Of a DNA stretch of 60,201 nucleotides, positions 18,476-28,491 are shown piece by piece (positions within the stretch are counted from its first letter, which is position 1; each line of letters opens with the position of its first letter). The stretch lies in the NCBI GenBank assembly GCA_045637825.1, contig JAZUAD010000024.1, forward strand, positions 1-60,201, read 5' to 3'. The notes below the pieces were generated by a model. That model searched no databases and was not told the origin of the DNA. It saw only the letters and a list, made by a program, of their open reading frames with translations. The translations under genes were made by a program, and so were the position numbers. The stretch is from Candidatus Onthoplasma sp. Lineage in GTDB: Bacteria; Bacillota; Clostridia; Christensenellales; UBA1242.

Positions 18476-20266
18476 ATGGAAGAAAAAGATTTAGAAAAAG
18501 CAAAAGAATTACAACAAAAACAAGAAATGTATCGTCATAGTATGAGTCATATCTTAGCTAAGGCAATCAAAAGCATTTGGGGCGATGTAAAGTTGGCAAT
18601 AGGACCTGCGATTGACAATGGTTTTTACTATGATATAGATATGGAACAATCTATTAAGCCAGAAGATTTTGGTAAGATTGAAGATAAAATGCGTGAAATT
18701 ATATGCAATAATGAAGATTTTGTGCGTTTTGAATTAAGCAAGGAAGAAGCATTAGAAAAGTTTAAGGACAATCCTTATAAAGTAGAACTTATTAACGAAC
18801 TACCAGAAGGCGAACTTATTACAATGTATCGCACTGGAGATGACTTCTACGATTTATGTCGTGGTCCGCACGTTGAAAATACTAAATTCTTGCGTGGTTT
18901 TGCATACAAAATTAATCGTGTAAGTGGTGCGTATTGGCGTGGTAGCGAAAAGAATAAGATGTTGCAACGTGTGTACGTTTATGGTTTCCTAGATAAAAAT
19001 GACCTTAAAGCATACATTCATCAAATGGAAGAGGCATTAAAACGTGACCATAACAAGTTGGGTAGAGATTTAGGAATATTTACAACTGTTGACTATATTG
19101 GCCAAGGTTTACCTATTTTACTTCCAAAAGGTGCAAGAATTGTACAGCTATTACAACGTTTTGTTGAAGATGAGGAACAAAAACGTGGCTGGTTGCTAAC
19201 CAAAACTCCATTTATGGCAAAGAGCGATTTATATAAGATTTCTGGTCACTGGGACCACTATAAAGATGGTATGTTTGTACTAGGCGATGAAAACAAGGAT
19301 AAGGAAGTGTTTGCGCTACGTCCTATGACCTGTCCATTCCAATATCAAGCATACTTAAATCAACCAAGGTCTTATAAAGATTTACCACTACGTTATAACG
19401 AAACTTCTACACTATTTAGAAATGAAGAAAGTGGCGAAATGCACGGACTTATTCGTGTACGTCAATTTACAATTAGTGATGGCCACTTAATGTGTACTCC
19501 AGACCAACTAGAAGATGAATTTAAGCGTTGTTTGGAACTAGCAATTTATATGCTTAAAACACTTGGCTTATATGAAGATGCATCTTATCGTTTCTCTCAA
19601 TGGGACCCTGATAATCGTGCTAAGTATATTGGTACTGACGAACAATGGGCTGAAGCGCAAGGTATTATGAAAAATATTCTTGATAAACTTGAAATTCCTT
19701 ATCAAGTTGGTGTTGGCGAAGCGGCGTTCTATGGTCCAAAACTAGATATTCAAATCCGTAACGTTTGGGGCAAGGAAGATACTTTGATTACTATCCAAAT
19801 TGACCAACTACTTGCTGAAAAATTTGGTATGGAATATACTGATAGTGATGGAACTAAAAAACATCCTTATATTATTCATCGTACAAGTATTGGTTGTTAT
19901 GAGCGTACACTTGCATATCTAATTGAAAAGTATGCTGGTGCATTCCCAACTTGGTTATCACCAAATCAAGTTAAGGTAATTACTGTTAGCGAAAAGAATA
20001 ATGATTATGCTGTTAAGGTGGCGGATGAATTAAGTAATTGCGGACTTCGTGTTGAAACTGACCTTGATAACGAAAGTGTTGGTAAGAAAATCCGCAATGC
20101 TGTGCTAGACAAAACTCCATATATCCTAGTATTAGGCGATAGGGAAATGGAAGAAGGTACTGTAGCAGTACGTAAACGTGGTAGTCAATATACAACTGCT
20201 ATGACTTTTGATGCCTTTAAAGCGGAAATTTTAACAAATATTGCTACTAAAAGTTTGACAGTATAA
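18476..20266 (+). CDS. thrS: threonine--tRNA ligase (lacks N-terminal TGS domain)
   Basis: RHSMSH, DLCRGPH, RDHNKLG, LRPMTCP, GLIRVRQF, AAFYGPKLD and IIHR motifs. Confidence 0.98.
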   Translation: MEEKDLEKAKELQQKQEMYRHSMSHILAKAIKSIWGDVKLAIGPAIDNGFYYDIDMEQSIKPEDFGKIEDKMREIICNNEDFVRFELSKEEALEKFKDNPYKVELINELPEGELITMYRTGDDFYDLCRGPHVENTKFLRGFAYKINRVSGAYWRGSEKNKMLQRVYVYGFLDKNDLKAYIHQMEEALKRDHNKLGRDLGIFTTVDYIGQGLPILLPKGARIVQLLQRFVEDEEQKRGWLLTKTPFMAKSDLYKISGHWDHYKDGMFVLGDENKDKEVFALRPMTCPFQYQAYLNQPRSYKDLPLRYNETSTLFRNEESGEMHGLIRVRQFTISDGHLMCTPDQLEDEFKRCLELAIYMLKTLGLYEDASYRFSQWDPDNRAKYIGTDEQWAEAQGIMKNILDKLEIPYQVGVGEAAFYGPKLDIQIRNVWGKEDTLITIQIDQLLAEKFGMEYTDSDGTKKHPYIIHRTSIGCYERTLAYLIEKYAGAFPTWLSPNQVKVITVSEKNNDYAVKVADELSNCGLRVETDLDNESVGKKIRNAVLDKTPYILVLGDREMEEGTVAVRKRGSQYTTAMTFDAFKAEILTNIATKSLTV

Positions 20267-20273
20267 AAATAAT

Positions 20274-20306
20274 AAACATCAACGAGTTTAATCGTTGGTG
20301 TTTTTT
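20274..20306 (+). terminator. Rho-independent terminator of thrS
   Basis: AAACATCAACGA...TCGTTGGTGTTTTTT hairpin. Confidence 0.8.
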
Positions 20307-20400
20307 AAAATAAGTAAAAAATTTTTGAAAACCCTATTGACAACTGGTAATCTCTAGATTATACTACCGATAATAAAACTTATTTTTTTAGGAGATAATT

Positions 20401-21288
20401 ATGACAATACAAGAATTTATTCAACAGGCCACTGCTGAATTTGAGAAAAACGGCAGAAGCAGGCTTTTTATTGCTATGGAAAATAGAATTGTAAAAAGTG
20501 CAAAACCTATGCAAGCCTACTTTTTTGCAAGATATGCTAAAGGTGCTAGTGCTGAACGTTTGCAACCTATCGTATTAGACAATGGAACAATAGAAGAATG
20601 TTACTATTTTCAAAGATATGTAAATGGAGCAAATATTGTACCATTTGTAAAACGTGCTATTGAAGAAAGCGACACTTTAGTTATAGATAACTTTGTGCAA
20701 TTGGCTAAGGAAACTGGCAAGTATGCAGAAATACAAGATATGTTGACCGAAATAAATTATACTAAACCTACAACTAATGGAAAATGTATTGATATCAATA
20801 ATATAGTTGAAAATGCCAAAAAAGAATATGAACTTAATGGAGGGCGTACTGCAAAGTATAACAGATGTGAAAAAATTGCATTAAGTCAATACGAAATGTC
20901 TGCAAATGTATTGTTTGCACAATGTGTTCCAGGTGCTAATATTAGAGCATTTGAACATAATGCTTTATTAAGTGGAGACCCATTTAAAATGTTTTTCCTA
21001 GCCACTCAAGTAAAAGAATCAAATAAAAGATTAATGCTAGATGGCTTGGAATTATCTAAATTGGATTATGTTGCAATTGATAGAGAAAGCGAAGCAAGAA
21101 ATAAACGTATGGAAGAAATAACAGACATTTTAACTAGAACTAAAGATTCTAGAGATATTAAAAGATTGAAAGATGAATATGAAATATTATCTACAAGATG
21201 CGAATATATATCTAAAATTAATGGTGATTACCTGCCAAGAGTAAAATATCTAGTTAAACAAGAAGAATTAAAGAAAGTGAGGAGATAA
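20401..21288 (+). CDS. hypothetical ORFan protein with internal ~28-aa helical repeats (ends ...KKVRR)
   Basis: Own TTGACA promoter, SD AGGAG and terminator; repeated FAxxVxGANI motif. Confidence 0.8.
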   Translation: MTIQEFIQQATAEFEKNGRSRLFIAMENRIVKSAKPMQAYFFARYAKGASAERLQPIVLDNGTIEECYYFQRYVNGANIVPFVKRAIEESDTLVIDNFVQLAKETGKYAEIQDMLTEINYTKPTTNGKCIDINNIVENAKKEYELNGGRTAKYNRCEKIALSQYEMSANVLFAQCVPGANIRAFEHNALLSGDPFKMFFLATQVKESNKRLMLDGLELSKLDYVAIDRESEARNKRMEEITDILTRTKDSRDIKRLKDEYEILSTRCEYISKINGDYLPRVKYLVKQEELKKVRR

Positions 21289-21395
21289 TCCTCATTTTTT
21301 GGTGATAAATAAATTGATAAGTAATTAAAGACTTTTTATTATATAAACTTGACTTAACGTTATTTATATATTACAATAAAATAAAAGGATTGTAT

Positions 21396-22031
21396 ATGAA
21401 AATTTTTTTAAGTGATTTTGATGGAACTCTAGTAAGGCAAGATGTTTTAGATGTTGTTTGTGAAATAACCAATCATAGAAGAGAAAGTGAAATTTTAAAT
21501 GAAGAAATTATAACAGGTAAAAAGACAGGGCTTGACAATCTTATTAAAAGAATTAATTTTTTAAAAGGGGTTTCTAAGCAACAAGTTTTTGATAAATTAA
21601 AAGAAAATGAGTATCTTATTAATGGTGCTGTTGAATTATTCCAATTTTTAAAAGCTAATAATTTTATAACAGTGTTACATACTGGGAATATAGAGTATGT
21701 GGCAGAATATTATAAGGAATTACTTGGTATTGATTACATAATATGCACTAAACCCTATACAAAAAATGATACGATAATTGGTATTGACAAAACTAGTTTT
21801 AATAACCCTAATTTTAAAATGGATGGATGTCTTGATATAATAAATAAACATAATATAAAACAAAATGATATTTATGCTATTGGAGATTCCATTGTAGATA
21901 AAAAGGTGTTTGATATTTCTGGACATACTATTGCAATAAACGCAAAGGGCGGAATAGAGGAGTATGCGGAATTTGTTATTAGAGAAAATACATTGCTAGA
22001 TGCAATAGAATTTATTAAAAAGACACTTTAA
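21396..22031 (+). CDS. HAD-IB family phosphatase (phosphoserine phosphatase-like)
   Basis: SDFDGTL motif I, HTG motif II, K and GDSIVD motifs; start moved from TTG 21390. Confidence 0.85.
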   Translation: MKIFLSDFDGTLVRQDVLDVVCEITNHRRESEILNEEIITGKKTGLDNLIKRINFLKGVSKQQVFDKLKENEYLINGAVELFQFLKANNFITVLHTGNIEYVAEYYKELLGIDYIICTKPYTKNDTIIGIDKTSFNNPNFKMDGCLDIINKHNIKQNDIYAIGDSIVDKKVFDISGHTIAINAKGGIEEYAEFVIRENTLLDAIEFIKKTL

Positions 22032-22158
22032 AATTAAAGTGTTTTTTATTGTTTTAAAATATTCTTAATATAATTATTATTTTTTTGTTGTAAGGTTTGA
22101 CAAAGAAAAACAACTTATATATAATAAAATATAAACGTAAAATTTAAGGGATTATAAA

Positions 22159-22902
22159 ATGAAAGTTACAACAATACGAACTACTTGGGCAGAAAGCGAA
22201 TTACAACAAAATACTCATATAATTACAATAAGTGATAAATGTATAATAGTTGATGCAGGGGCTAGTCTTGAAGATGTGATTAATGTGGTGGGAGATAATA
22301 AAGTAGAAGCCATACTTATTACTCATGCACATTTTGACCATATATCTAATATTGATGCTTATGAAATTGCATTTGGCTGTCCAATTTATATGAATGAACA
22401 TAGTAAAAAGTTTTTACATGACCCCGTGCTTAATGTAAGTAAGTTTTTTGTGCACGAAATTATATTTGATGCTGAAAACATACACTATATTAAGGGCAAG
22501 GAAACGCTACATTTGGCAGGTATTGAGGTTAAAGCAATTTATACACCAGGTCATAGTGAAGATAGTATGTGTTTTTTGTGTATTGATAATAATGTTGAAG
22601 ATAATGGCGAACAAATATTAGAAATGCTTAATAATAAGCAAGATATATCTCAAGTAGAACAACAAAAGGCGCTATTTACTGGCGACACATTTTTTGCACG
22701 CGCTGTTGGACGTACCGATTTAAAAACAGGTAATCCAAAACGTTTGGTTGTAAGTTTAAATCATTTACTAAAACTAGATTTTACCACCGCATATACTGGA
22801 CATATGCGACAAACAACAAAGCAAGAGCAAGAACAAAACATTCCAACTTGGATAAAGTATATTAAAAACCAATTAATAAACAATAATGAAAATAAGCAAT
22901 AA
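22159..22902 (+). CDS. MBL-fold metallo-hydrolase (glyoxalase II-like)
   Basis: THAHFDH, TPGHS, FTGDTFF, GRTDL and GH motifs. Confidence 0.9.
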   Translation: MKVTTIRTTWAESELQQNTHIITISDKCIIVDAGASLEDVINVVGDNKVEAILITHAHFDHISNIDAYEIAFGCPIYMNEHSKKFLHDPVLNVSKFFVHEIIFDAENIHYIKGKETLHLAGIEVKAIYTPGHSEDSMCFLCIDNNVEDNGEQILEMLNNKQDISQVEQQKALFTGDTFFARAVGRTDLKTGNPKRLVVSLNHLLKLDFTTAYTGHMRQTTKQEQEQNIPTWIKYIKNQLINNNENKQ

Positions 22903-23006
22903 ATATAAAATCCATAAATCATTTATGGAGTTTATTTTTATAAATTTTTAAAATTTTTGTAAAAAGGGTTGACATTTGGGTTGTGGTGTGCTAAAATATG
23001 GTTGTT

Positions 23007-23121
23007 TAAGTAGGAGTGCCACTTCTCACCCGGGAATATGTTTTGAGTGACCGAGGTTTTAAAAATTAATTATAATTTTTATTGAGTAGTGGGTTCTTTT
23101 ACGTAAAGAAACCATTTTTTT
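23007..23121 (+). ncRNA. ribosomal protein L20 leader (autoregulatory attenuator)
   Basis: AAGTAGGAGTGCCACTTCTCACC resembles the L20_leader 5' motif; terminator-like GGTTCTTT...AAAGAAACC-TTTTTTT; lies upstream of infC-rpmI-rplT; TTGACA-N17-TAAAAT promoter at 22969-22997. Confidence 0.75.
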
Positions 23122-23139
23122 ATGGTACGGAGGTTTATT

Positions 23140-23649
23140 ATAAAAGAGTCATTAAGAAACGAGCAAATCGTTGAAGCTCAAGTTCGTCTAATTGGACCAC
23201 AAGGTGAACAATTAGGCATTGTTAGTGGTGCTGAAGCAAATGCTAAAGCACGTGAATATGGTCTAGACCTAGTGATGATTGCACCAGATGCTAAGCCACC
23301 AGTATGCAAGATTATGGATTATGGCAAGCACAAGTTTGACCAACTTAAGAAGTTGAAGGACCAAAAGAAGGCCCAAAAAACAGCTAAGTTAAAGGAAATG
23401 TCATTATCTATGACTATTGGTGACCACGATTTGCAAACTAAGGCAAATCAAGTTAGCAAATTTTTGCAAGATGGTAGTAAGGTTAAGGTCAATATTCGTA
23501 TGAGCGGTCGTCAAATGGCACGTCCTCAACAAGGAATTGACATTATGACTAAATTTGCCGATATGTTAAAAGACTTGGGTTCTATGGATAAGAAACCAGA
23601 AGTTACTGGAAGAAATATCTTTATGTATTTGATACCTATTAAAAAATAA
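23140..23649 (+). CDS. infC: translation initiation factor IF-3, probable non-canonical ATA start
   Basis: NEQI...VRLIG, LDLV...PPVCKIMDYGK motifs; SD GGAGG at 23129-23133 points to ATT 23137 or ATA 23140 rather than ATG 23122. Confidence 0.95.
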   Translation: MKESLRNEQIVEAQVRLIGPQGEQLGIVSGAEANAKAREYGLDLVMIAPDAKPPVCKIMDYGKHKFDQLKKLKDQKKAQKTAKLKEMSLSMTIGDHDLQTKANQVSKFLQDGSKVKVNIRMSGRQMARPQQGIDIMTKFADMLKDLGSMDKKPEVTGRNIFMYLIPIKK

Positions 23650-23667
23650 AAGAGGAGAAATATTATT

Positions 23668-23865
23668 ATGCCAAAAATTAAAACAAGAAAAGCAGCTGCT
23701 AAGCGTTTTACTGTTAATTCTAACGGAACTATTAAGCACGCTCACTGCAACAAAAACCACATTCTAGCTAAGAAAACTAGAAAAAGAAAGAGATTTTTAC
23801 GTGGAACAGGTTATGTTCACGCATCTGATGCTAAAAACGTAAAAGCAATGTTGGGACAAAAGTAG
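23668..23865 (+). CDS. rpmI: 50S ribosomal protein L35
   Basis: MPKIKTRKAAAKRF...HILAKK. Confidence 0.97.
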   Translation: MPKIKTRKAAAKRFTVNSNGTIKHAHCNKNHILAKKTRKRKRFLRGTGYVHASDAKNVKAMLGQK

Positions 23866-23875
23866 GAGGTAAGTT

Positions 23876-24223
23876 ATGAGAATTAAGAGAAGTGTAAACG
23901 CTTTGAAGAAAAGAAGAGCGATTTTAAAACAAGCTAAGGGTTATCGTGGTGCTAAGAGCAAACTATATCGTGTTGCTCGTCAAGCAGTTATGAAATCTGG
24001 ACAATATGCTTATGTTGGACGTAAATTGAAGAAAAGAGATATGCGTCGTTTATGGATTGTACGTATTAACGCTGGTTGCCGTGCTAATGGCTTAAGCTAT
24101 AGCGTATTTATCAATGGCTTAAAGAACAAGAATATTGACCTTAACCGTAAGGTTTTGGCTGATATGGCTGTTAATGATGTTGCTAGTTTTAACCAACTAT
24201 GTGACCTTGTTAAGTCTAAATAA
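23876..24223 (+). CDS. rplT: 50S ribosomal protein L20
   Basis: [34 protein letters not shown]. Confidence 0.98.
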   Translation: MRIKRSVNALKKRRAILKQAKGYRGAKSKLYRVARQAVMKSGQYAYVGRKLKKRDMRRLWIVRINAGCRANGLSYSVFINGLKNKNIDLNRKVLADMAVNDVASFNQLCDLVKSK

Positions 24224-24450
24224 GTATATTAGATAAATTTCGACAAAAGATACCACAAATCGCTTTGATTAGTGGTATTTTTTTGCTCTAAATTTAAAAC
24301 TGGTATTTTATACTATAAAATGCGGGAATTTGCACTAAGTCACCGCAAGGAAATTATGTAATTATTATATGTAATTATTAAATGTTAAAATTAAGCACAT
24401 TTATTAATTTACGTGAATATAATAAAAAATATAAAAAGGAGGAAAATTTA

Positions 24451-24702
24451 ATGACTATTACTAGAAATACAGATATTATCCGTAAGGAAAATAGAGACTA
24501 TATCAATATTACTACCAACAATAGATTGATTGCAAAACTATTAGAAAGTTCTGCTGAAGATATCTATGCTTTCCATATTCCATTTGGAACAATTGCTGAT
24601 AAAAAGACAATTGAAGAAATGAAAGGTACATACTGGCTTCGTGTTCCAAATTCGGACAATATTAAATATGACGAAAATGTTAATGTAGTTACTTTAAATT
24701 AA
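24451..24702 (+). CDS. hypothetical ORFan protein (83 aa)
   Basis: SD AAGGAGG before ATG 24451 (track start 24382); followed by a terminator hairpin. Confidence 0.7.
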   Translation: MTITRNTDIIRKENRDYINITTNNRLIAKLLESSAEDIYAFHIPFGTIADKKTIEEMKGTYWLRVPNSDNIKYDENVNVVTLN

Positions 24703-24727
24703 GTTCGGGCAAATACCCGAATTTTTT
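24703..24727 (+). terminator. terminator hairpin upstream of BspA-like gene 3; near copy at 49576
   Basis: TTCGGG-CAAATA-CCCGAA followed by a T-run. Confidence 0.75.
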
Positions 24728-24791
24728 AATATACTATTTTGATGTTTGTAAATATTTAATATTTTAATATTAAATTAAATAAACAAATATA

Positions 24792-24843
24792 AAAATATAT
24801 TAAAATCTTTTGACAAATTTTGCAGATTAGTGGTATACTAAAA
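24792..24843 (+). promoter_or_regulatory. sigma-A-type promoter of BspA-like gene 3, near-identical to that of gene 4
   Basis: TTGACA 24810-24815, N18, TATACT 24834-24839; 26-bp and 18-bp blocks identical to 49627-49652 and 49661-49678. Confidence 0.8.
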
Positions 24844-24905
24844 GTAATAATGGAATATCATGCAAGAATAAATTAATTGACTTGCAAAACAAAAGGGGTT
24901 TAAAT

Positions 24906-27530
24906 ATGAGCAAGATTAAAAAATTGTTGTTAAGTTCAGTGGTGGCAATTATAATGGCTATTGCTTTTGTAATAGGTCTAGTAGGATTAAAACAAGGCGA
25001 TTTATCAAGTGGTGGCGGTACTAGTAACCACCTAACCGAAGTATCGTTTAACGAGATGTTTGATGTTAAACAATACACCCACGAAATAGGTACAGTAAAG
25101 GTAAAACAAGGTGGTTCAAATCTAAAATATGAATACACCCCAAATGTAACCAGCAGTAATAGTATTGCATATCAATACATATTTAATAACCCAATGAATG
25201 AGTTGATGGCAATTAACTTAAAAAGTATAGATACTACAGGAGTAACAGTAAGTTATGCCTATAGTGATACAAGATTAAAAGATATAACCAGTAGTAATTC
25301 GATATTTGAACCCCAAACTATAGCAAGCAAGGGAACAAAGTACTTTTATATAGTAGTAACCCCAGATAGTACAATCCCAACCAGTTTCCAAGCAAATGTA
25401 GTATGGTATCAAGGCAAAGCAGGAACGTTGACAATAACAAATACATCAAATAATACTACAACAACACAAGTTATAGTAAAGGGGCAAAGCGTTCCAGAAC
25501 CAGCCACACCATCAGTAGATGAAGGATATGTATTTAGTGGTTGGTATTTAGATGAAGAATGTACAATACCAGCAGACTTTAACTCAATGCAAGGTTCAAC
25601 CTTATATCCCAAAATAGAAGAAGAGGTAAGACTAGAGCCAAATCTACCAAGTGACTGGATTGCGTGGGATAGTAGTACTAGTAGTTATTATGTGACTACA
25701 GGAACATCAGAATTGCCTACAGATTTAGTAATCCCAGGAACATATAATGATGGAACACATGGTCAAGCAGATGTTACTTATATAGGTTATGAAGCATTTT
25801 TTATGCAAGAAGGAATACTATCTTTAGATTTAAGTAATTGTACAAGTTTAACAACAATAGGAGAAAATGCTTTTCAAAATTGTTTTAATTTAGTAAGTGT
25901 TAATTTCTCAAATTGTGTTAGTTTAAGTTCAATAGAATTTGGTGCTTTTTATTACGCTAGTAGTTTAAATAGTGTGGATTTGCAAGATTGTATTAGTTTA
26001 ACAACAATAAAAGATAATACTTTTGGTGACTGTATATCTTTAAAAAGTATAGTGATACCAGAAAATGTAGTAAGTATAGGAGAGGATTTTGGCGCTTTCA
26101 ATCATTGTTATAGTTTAGGTGTGGTATATAATTTATCAAGTTTAACAATAACAGCGGGCAGTAGTAGTAATGGTTATGTGGCATATTATGCCGTAGTGGT
26201 AAAAACAAGTTTGGATAATAGTGATATAGAAACAATTAATGGAGTAACCTATTATAAGGAAAGTAGCACAAGTTATATTGCCTTAGGATTGGCGGATACA
26301 AGTTTAACTAGCATAACCTTACACGCTAATACAACTATTATTAGACAATATGCATTTTATGAGAATGGAAATTTAGAAAATGTAGATTTAACTAATTGTA
26401 CAAATTTAACAAATATAGGGATTTGTGCGTTTTCGTATAATTATAAATTATCAAGTATAGTAATACCTGCTACAGTAAATAATATAGAATCCTATGCATT
26501 TGAAAGTTGTTTTGCTTTAGGTATAGTATATAATTTATCAAGTTTAGATATAACAGTAGGAAGTGAAGATAATGGTTATGTAGCACGTTATGCTTATGTA
26601 GTAAAAACAAGTTTGGATAATAGTGATATAGAAATTATAGATGGAGTAATATATTATAAAGAAAGTAGTATAAGTTATATTGCTTTAGGATTGGCAGATA
26701 TAAATTTAACTAGTATAACATTACACCCTAATACAACAGTTATTAAACAATTTATTTTTTATGAAAATGGATGTTTAGAAAGTGTAGATTTAAGTAATTG
26801 TACCAAATTAAAAACAATAGGAGAATGTGCTTTTTCATTTTGTTATGCTTTATTAAGTGTGGATTTAACTAATTGTACAAGTTTAACCACAATAGGAGAG
26901 GATGCATTCGAAAATTGTGTTAGTTTAACTATAAGTTTAAGTAATTGCACTAGTTTAACAACAATAGGTGATGGTGCTTTCTTTCAATGTATGACTTTAA
27001 CTAATGTAGATTTAACCAATTGTACCCAATTAACCACAATAGGAGAATCTGCTTTCAGTAGTTGTGAAAGTTTAGAAATATTAGATTTAAGTAATTGTAC
27101 CAGTTTAGAAACAATAGGAGAATATGCTTTTTCGTATTGTTATAATTTATTAAGTGCAAATTTAAGCAACTGTACAAGTTTAACAACAATAAGTGATGGA
27201 ACTTTCTATGAATGTAGCAGTTTGTCTAGTGTAACGCTTCCAAATAGTTTAGAAATAATAGGCGCAAATTCATTCCGTTATTGTAGCAGTTTGACAACTA
27301 TAACAATTCCTGCAAGTGTTAAGAATATAGGTACATATGCATTCGGTAGCTCAGGATTAACTAGTGCTACATTTAAACAAACTAGTGGGTGGTATAGAAC
27401 AGATGGTGGTATTTCCAATTATGTAACAGTTAGCAACTCTAATACTGCGGCAACCTATTTAAAGTCAACATACAACTATAATTTCTGGTATAATACTAAT
27501 GCGGGTGGTAGTTCTAGCGAATATCAATAA
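24906..27530 (+). CDS. BspA-like LRR_5 surface protein, paralogue 3
   Basis: MSKIKKLLL start homologous to the paralogues (track start 24882 is TTG); DLSNCTSLTTIGExAF repeats; C-terminal FWYNTNAGG cap. Confidence 0.88.
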   Translation: MSKIKKLLLSSVVAIIMAIAFVIGLVGLKQGDLSSGGGTSNHLTEVSFNEMFDVKQYTHEIGTVKVKQGGSNLKYEYTPNVTSSNSIAYQYIFNNPMNELMAINLKSIDTTGVTVSYAYSDTRLKDITSSNSIFEPQTIASKGTKYFYIVVTPDSTIPTSFQANVVWYQGKAGTLTITNTSNNTTTTQVIVKGQSVPEPATPSVDEGYVFSGWYLDEECTIPADFNSMQGSTLYPKIEEEVRLEPNLPSDWIAWDSSTSSYYVTTGTSELPTDLVIPGTYNDGTHGQADVTYIGYEAFFMQEGILSLDLSNCTSLTTIGENAFQNCFNLVSVNFSNCVSLSSIEFGAFYYASSLNSVDLQDCISLTTIKDNTFGDCISLKSIVIPENVVSIGEDFGAFNHCYSLGVVYNLSSLTITAGSSSNGYVAYYAVVVKTSLDNSDIETINGVTYYKESSTSYIALGLADTSLTSITLHANTTIIRQYAFYENGNLENVDLTNCTNLTNIGICAFSYNYKLSSIVIPATVNNIESYAFESCFALGIVYNLSSLDITVGSEDNGYVARYAYVVKTSLDNSDIEIIDGVIYYKESSISYIALGLADINLTSITLHPNTTVIKQFIFYENGCLESVDLSNCTKLKTIGECAFSFCYALLSVDLTNCTSLTTIGEDAFENCVSLTISLSNCTSLTTIGDGAFFQCMTLTNVDLTNCTQLTTIGESAFSSCESLEILDLSNCTSLETIGEYAFSYCYNLLSANLSNCTSLTTISDGTFYECSSLSSVTLPNSLEIIGANSFRYCSSLTTITIPASVKNIGTYAFGSSGLTSATFKQTSGWYRTDGGISNYVTVSNSNTAATYLKSTYNYNFWYNTNAGGSSSEYQ

Positions 27531-27537
27531 AACTAAT

Positions 27538-27571
27538 AAAAAAGGAAGTGGAGAAATCTGCTTTCTTTTTT
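27538..27571 (+). terminator. Rho-independent terminator; 28 bp identical to the terminator at 52768-52795
   Basis: GGAAGTGGA-GAAA-TCTGCTTTC followed by a T-run. Confidence 0.8.
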
Positions 27572-27787
27572 GTTTGGAAGGAATGTGGTTTGAAGGATAA
27601 AATAGTAGAGGGCGGTGACAAAAAGTGGCAATATAGGTTAAAATATCTTAAATTAGGTTTTTCAACCTTAATAAAGTGGTAGTATTTATTTGCAAAAGAT
27701 TTAATATTGTGATATAATAAAGGTGATAACTTTAATAATAAGGTTAATTTTTAGGGTGCTAGGTGATAGCACTAATATTTTATAAAT

Positions 27788-28483
27788 TTGGGACAAGTTA
27801 TGATTTTTTCAATATTTGAATATGACCTAACTATGGGCGAAATGATTTTATTGTTGCTTGCGATAACATTGGTGTTTATGTTATCGTTAGCTTTGCATGA
27901 GTGGGCGCACGGCTTTGTTGCCTACAAGCAAGGTGATAACACTCCTAAAGCTGCGGGTAGATTAACACTTAATCCATTATCGCACATTGATAGTTTGGGT
28001 TTTATAATGTTTTTGTGTATTGGGGTTGGTTGGGCAAAACCTGTGCCAGTTAATCCTAACAACTTTAAAAAATATCGCTCAGGAATAGCTAAAGTGTCTA
28101 TTGCGGGCGTATTGATGAATTTTATTTTATGTATAATAGGTAGTTTGCTATTTGTATTTACCTTAAATCATCTTGGAGATGGCTCTGATTTATTAGTATT
28201 AATTTCATTCTGGTTGATGTGGACTAATGCCTACTTAATGATATTTAACCTTATACCAATCTATCCGCTAGATGGCTTTAATTTTATTAGTTCATTTATG
28301 CGTGGGGATAACAAGTTTGTACAATGGAATATCCGTAATGCAGGAAAAGTGTTTATGTATATTATTTTGATTGACCTATTTGTTGATTTATTCTTTGGTA
28401 TATCGGTTATTGGCTACTTTTTGTCTACTGTAGCGGGCTGGATATGTGAGCCATTGTGTAAACTATGGCAGTTGATGTTTTAG
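27788..28483 (+). CDS. site-2 protease family (M50) zinc metalloprotease
   Basis: HEWAHG, GRLTLNP, GWAKPVPVNP and FNLIPIYPLDG motifs; typical position before scpA. Confidence 0.92.
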   Translation: MGQVMIFSIFEYDLTMGEMILLLLAITLVFMLSLALHEWAHGFVAYKQGDNTPKAAGRLTLNPLSHIDSLGFIMFLCIGVGWAKPVPVNPNNFKKYRSGIAKVSIAGVLMNFILCIIGSLLFVFTLNHLGDGSDLLVLISFWLMWTNAYLMIFNLIPIYPLDGFNFISSFMRGDNKFVQWNIRNAGKVFMYIILIDLFVDLFFGISVIGYFLSTVAGWICEPLCKLWQLMF

Positions 28484-28491
28484 GGGTGAAT

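Noticed and set aside
25820-27200. Regularly spaced ~35-bp repeats (GATTTAAGTAATTGTACAAGTTTAACAACAATAGG) that look like a CRISPR array
   Set aside because: They are in frame inside an intact CDS, degenerate at synonymous positions, and encode LRR consensus residues; no cas genes or leader are present.
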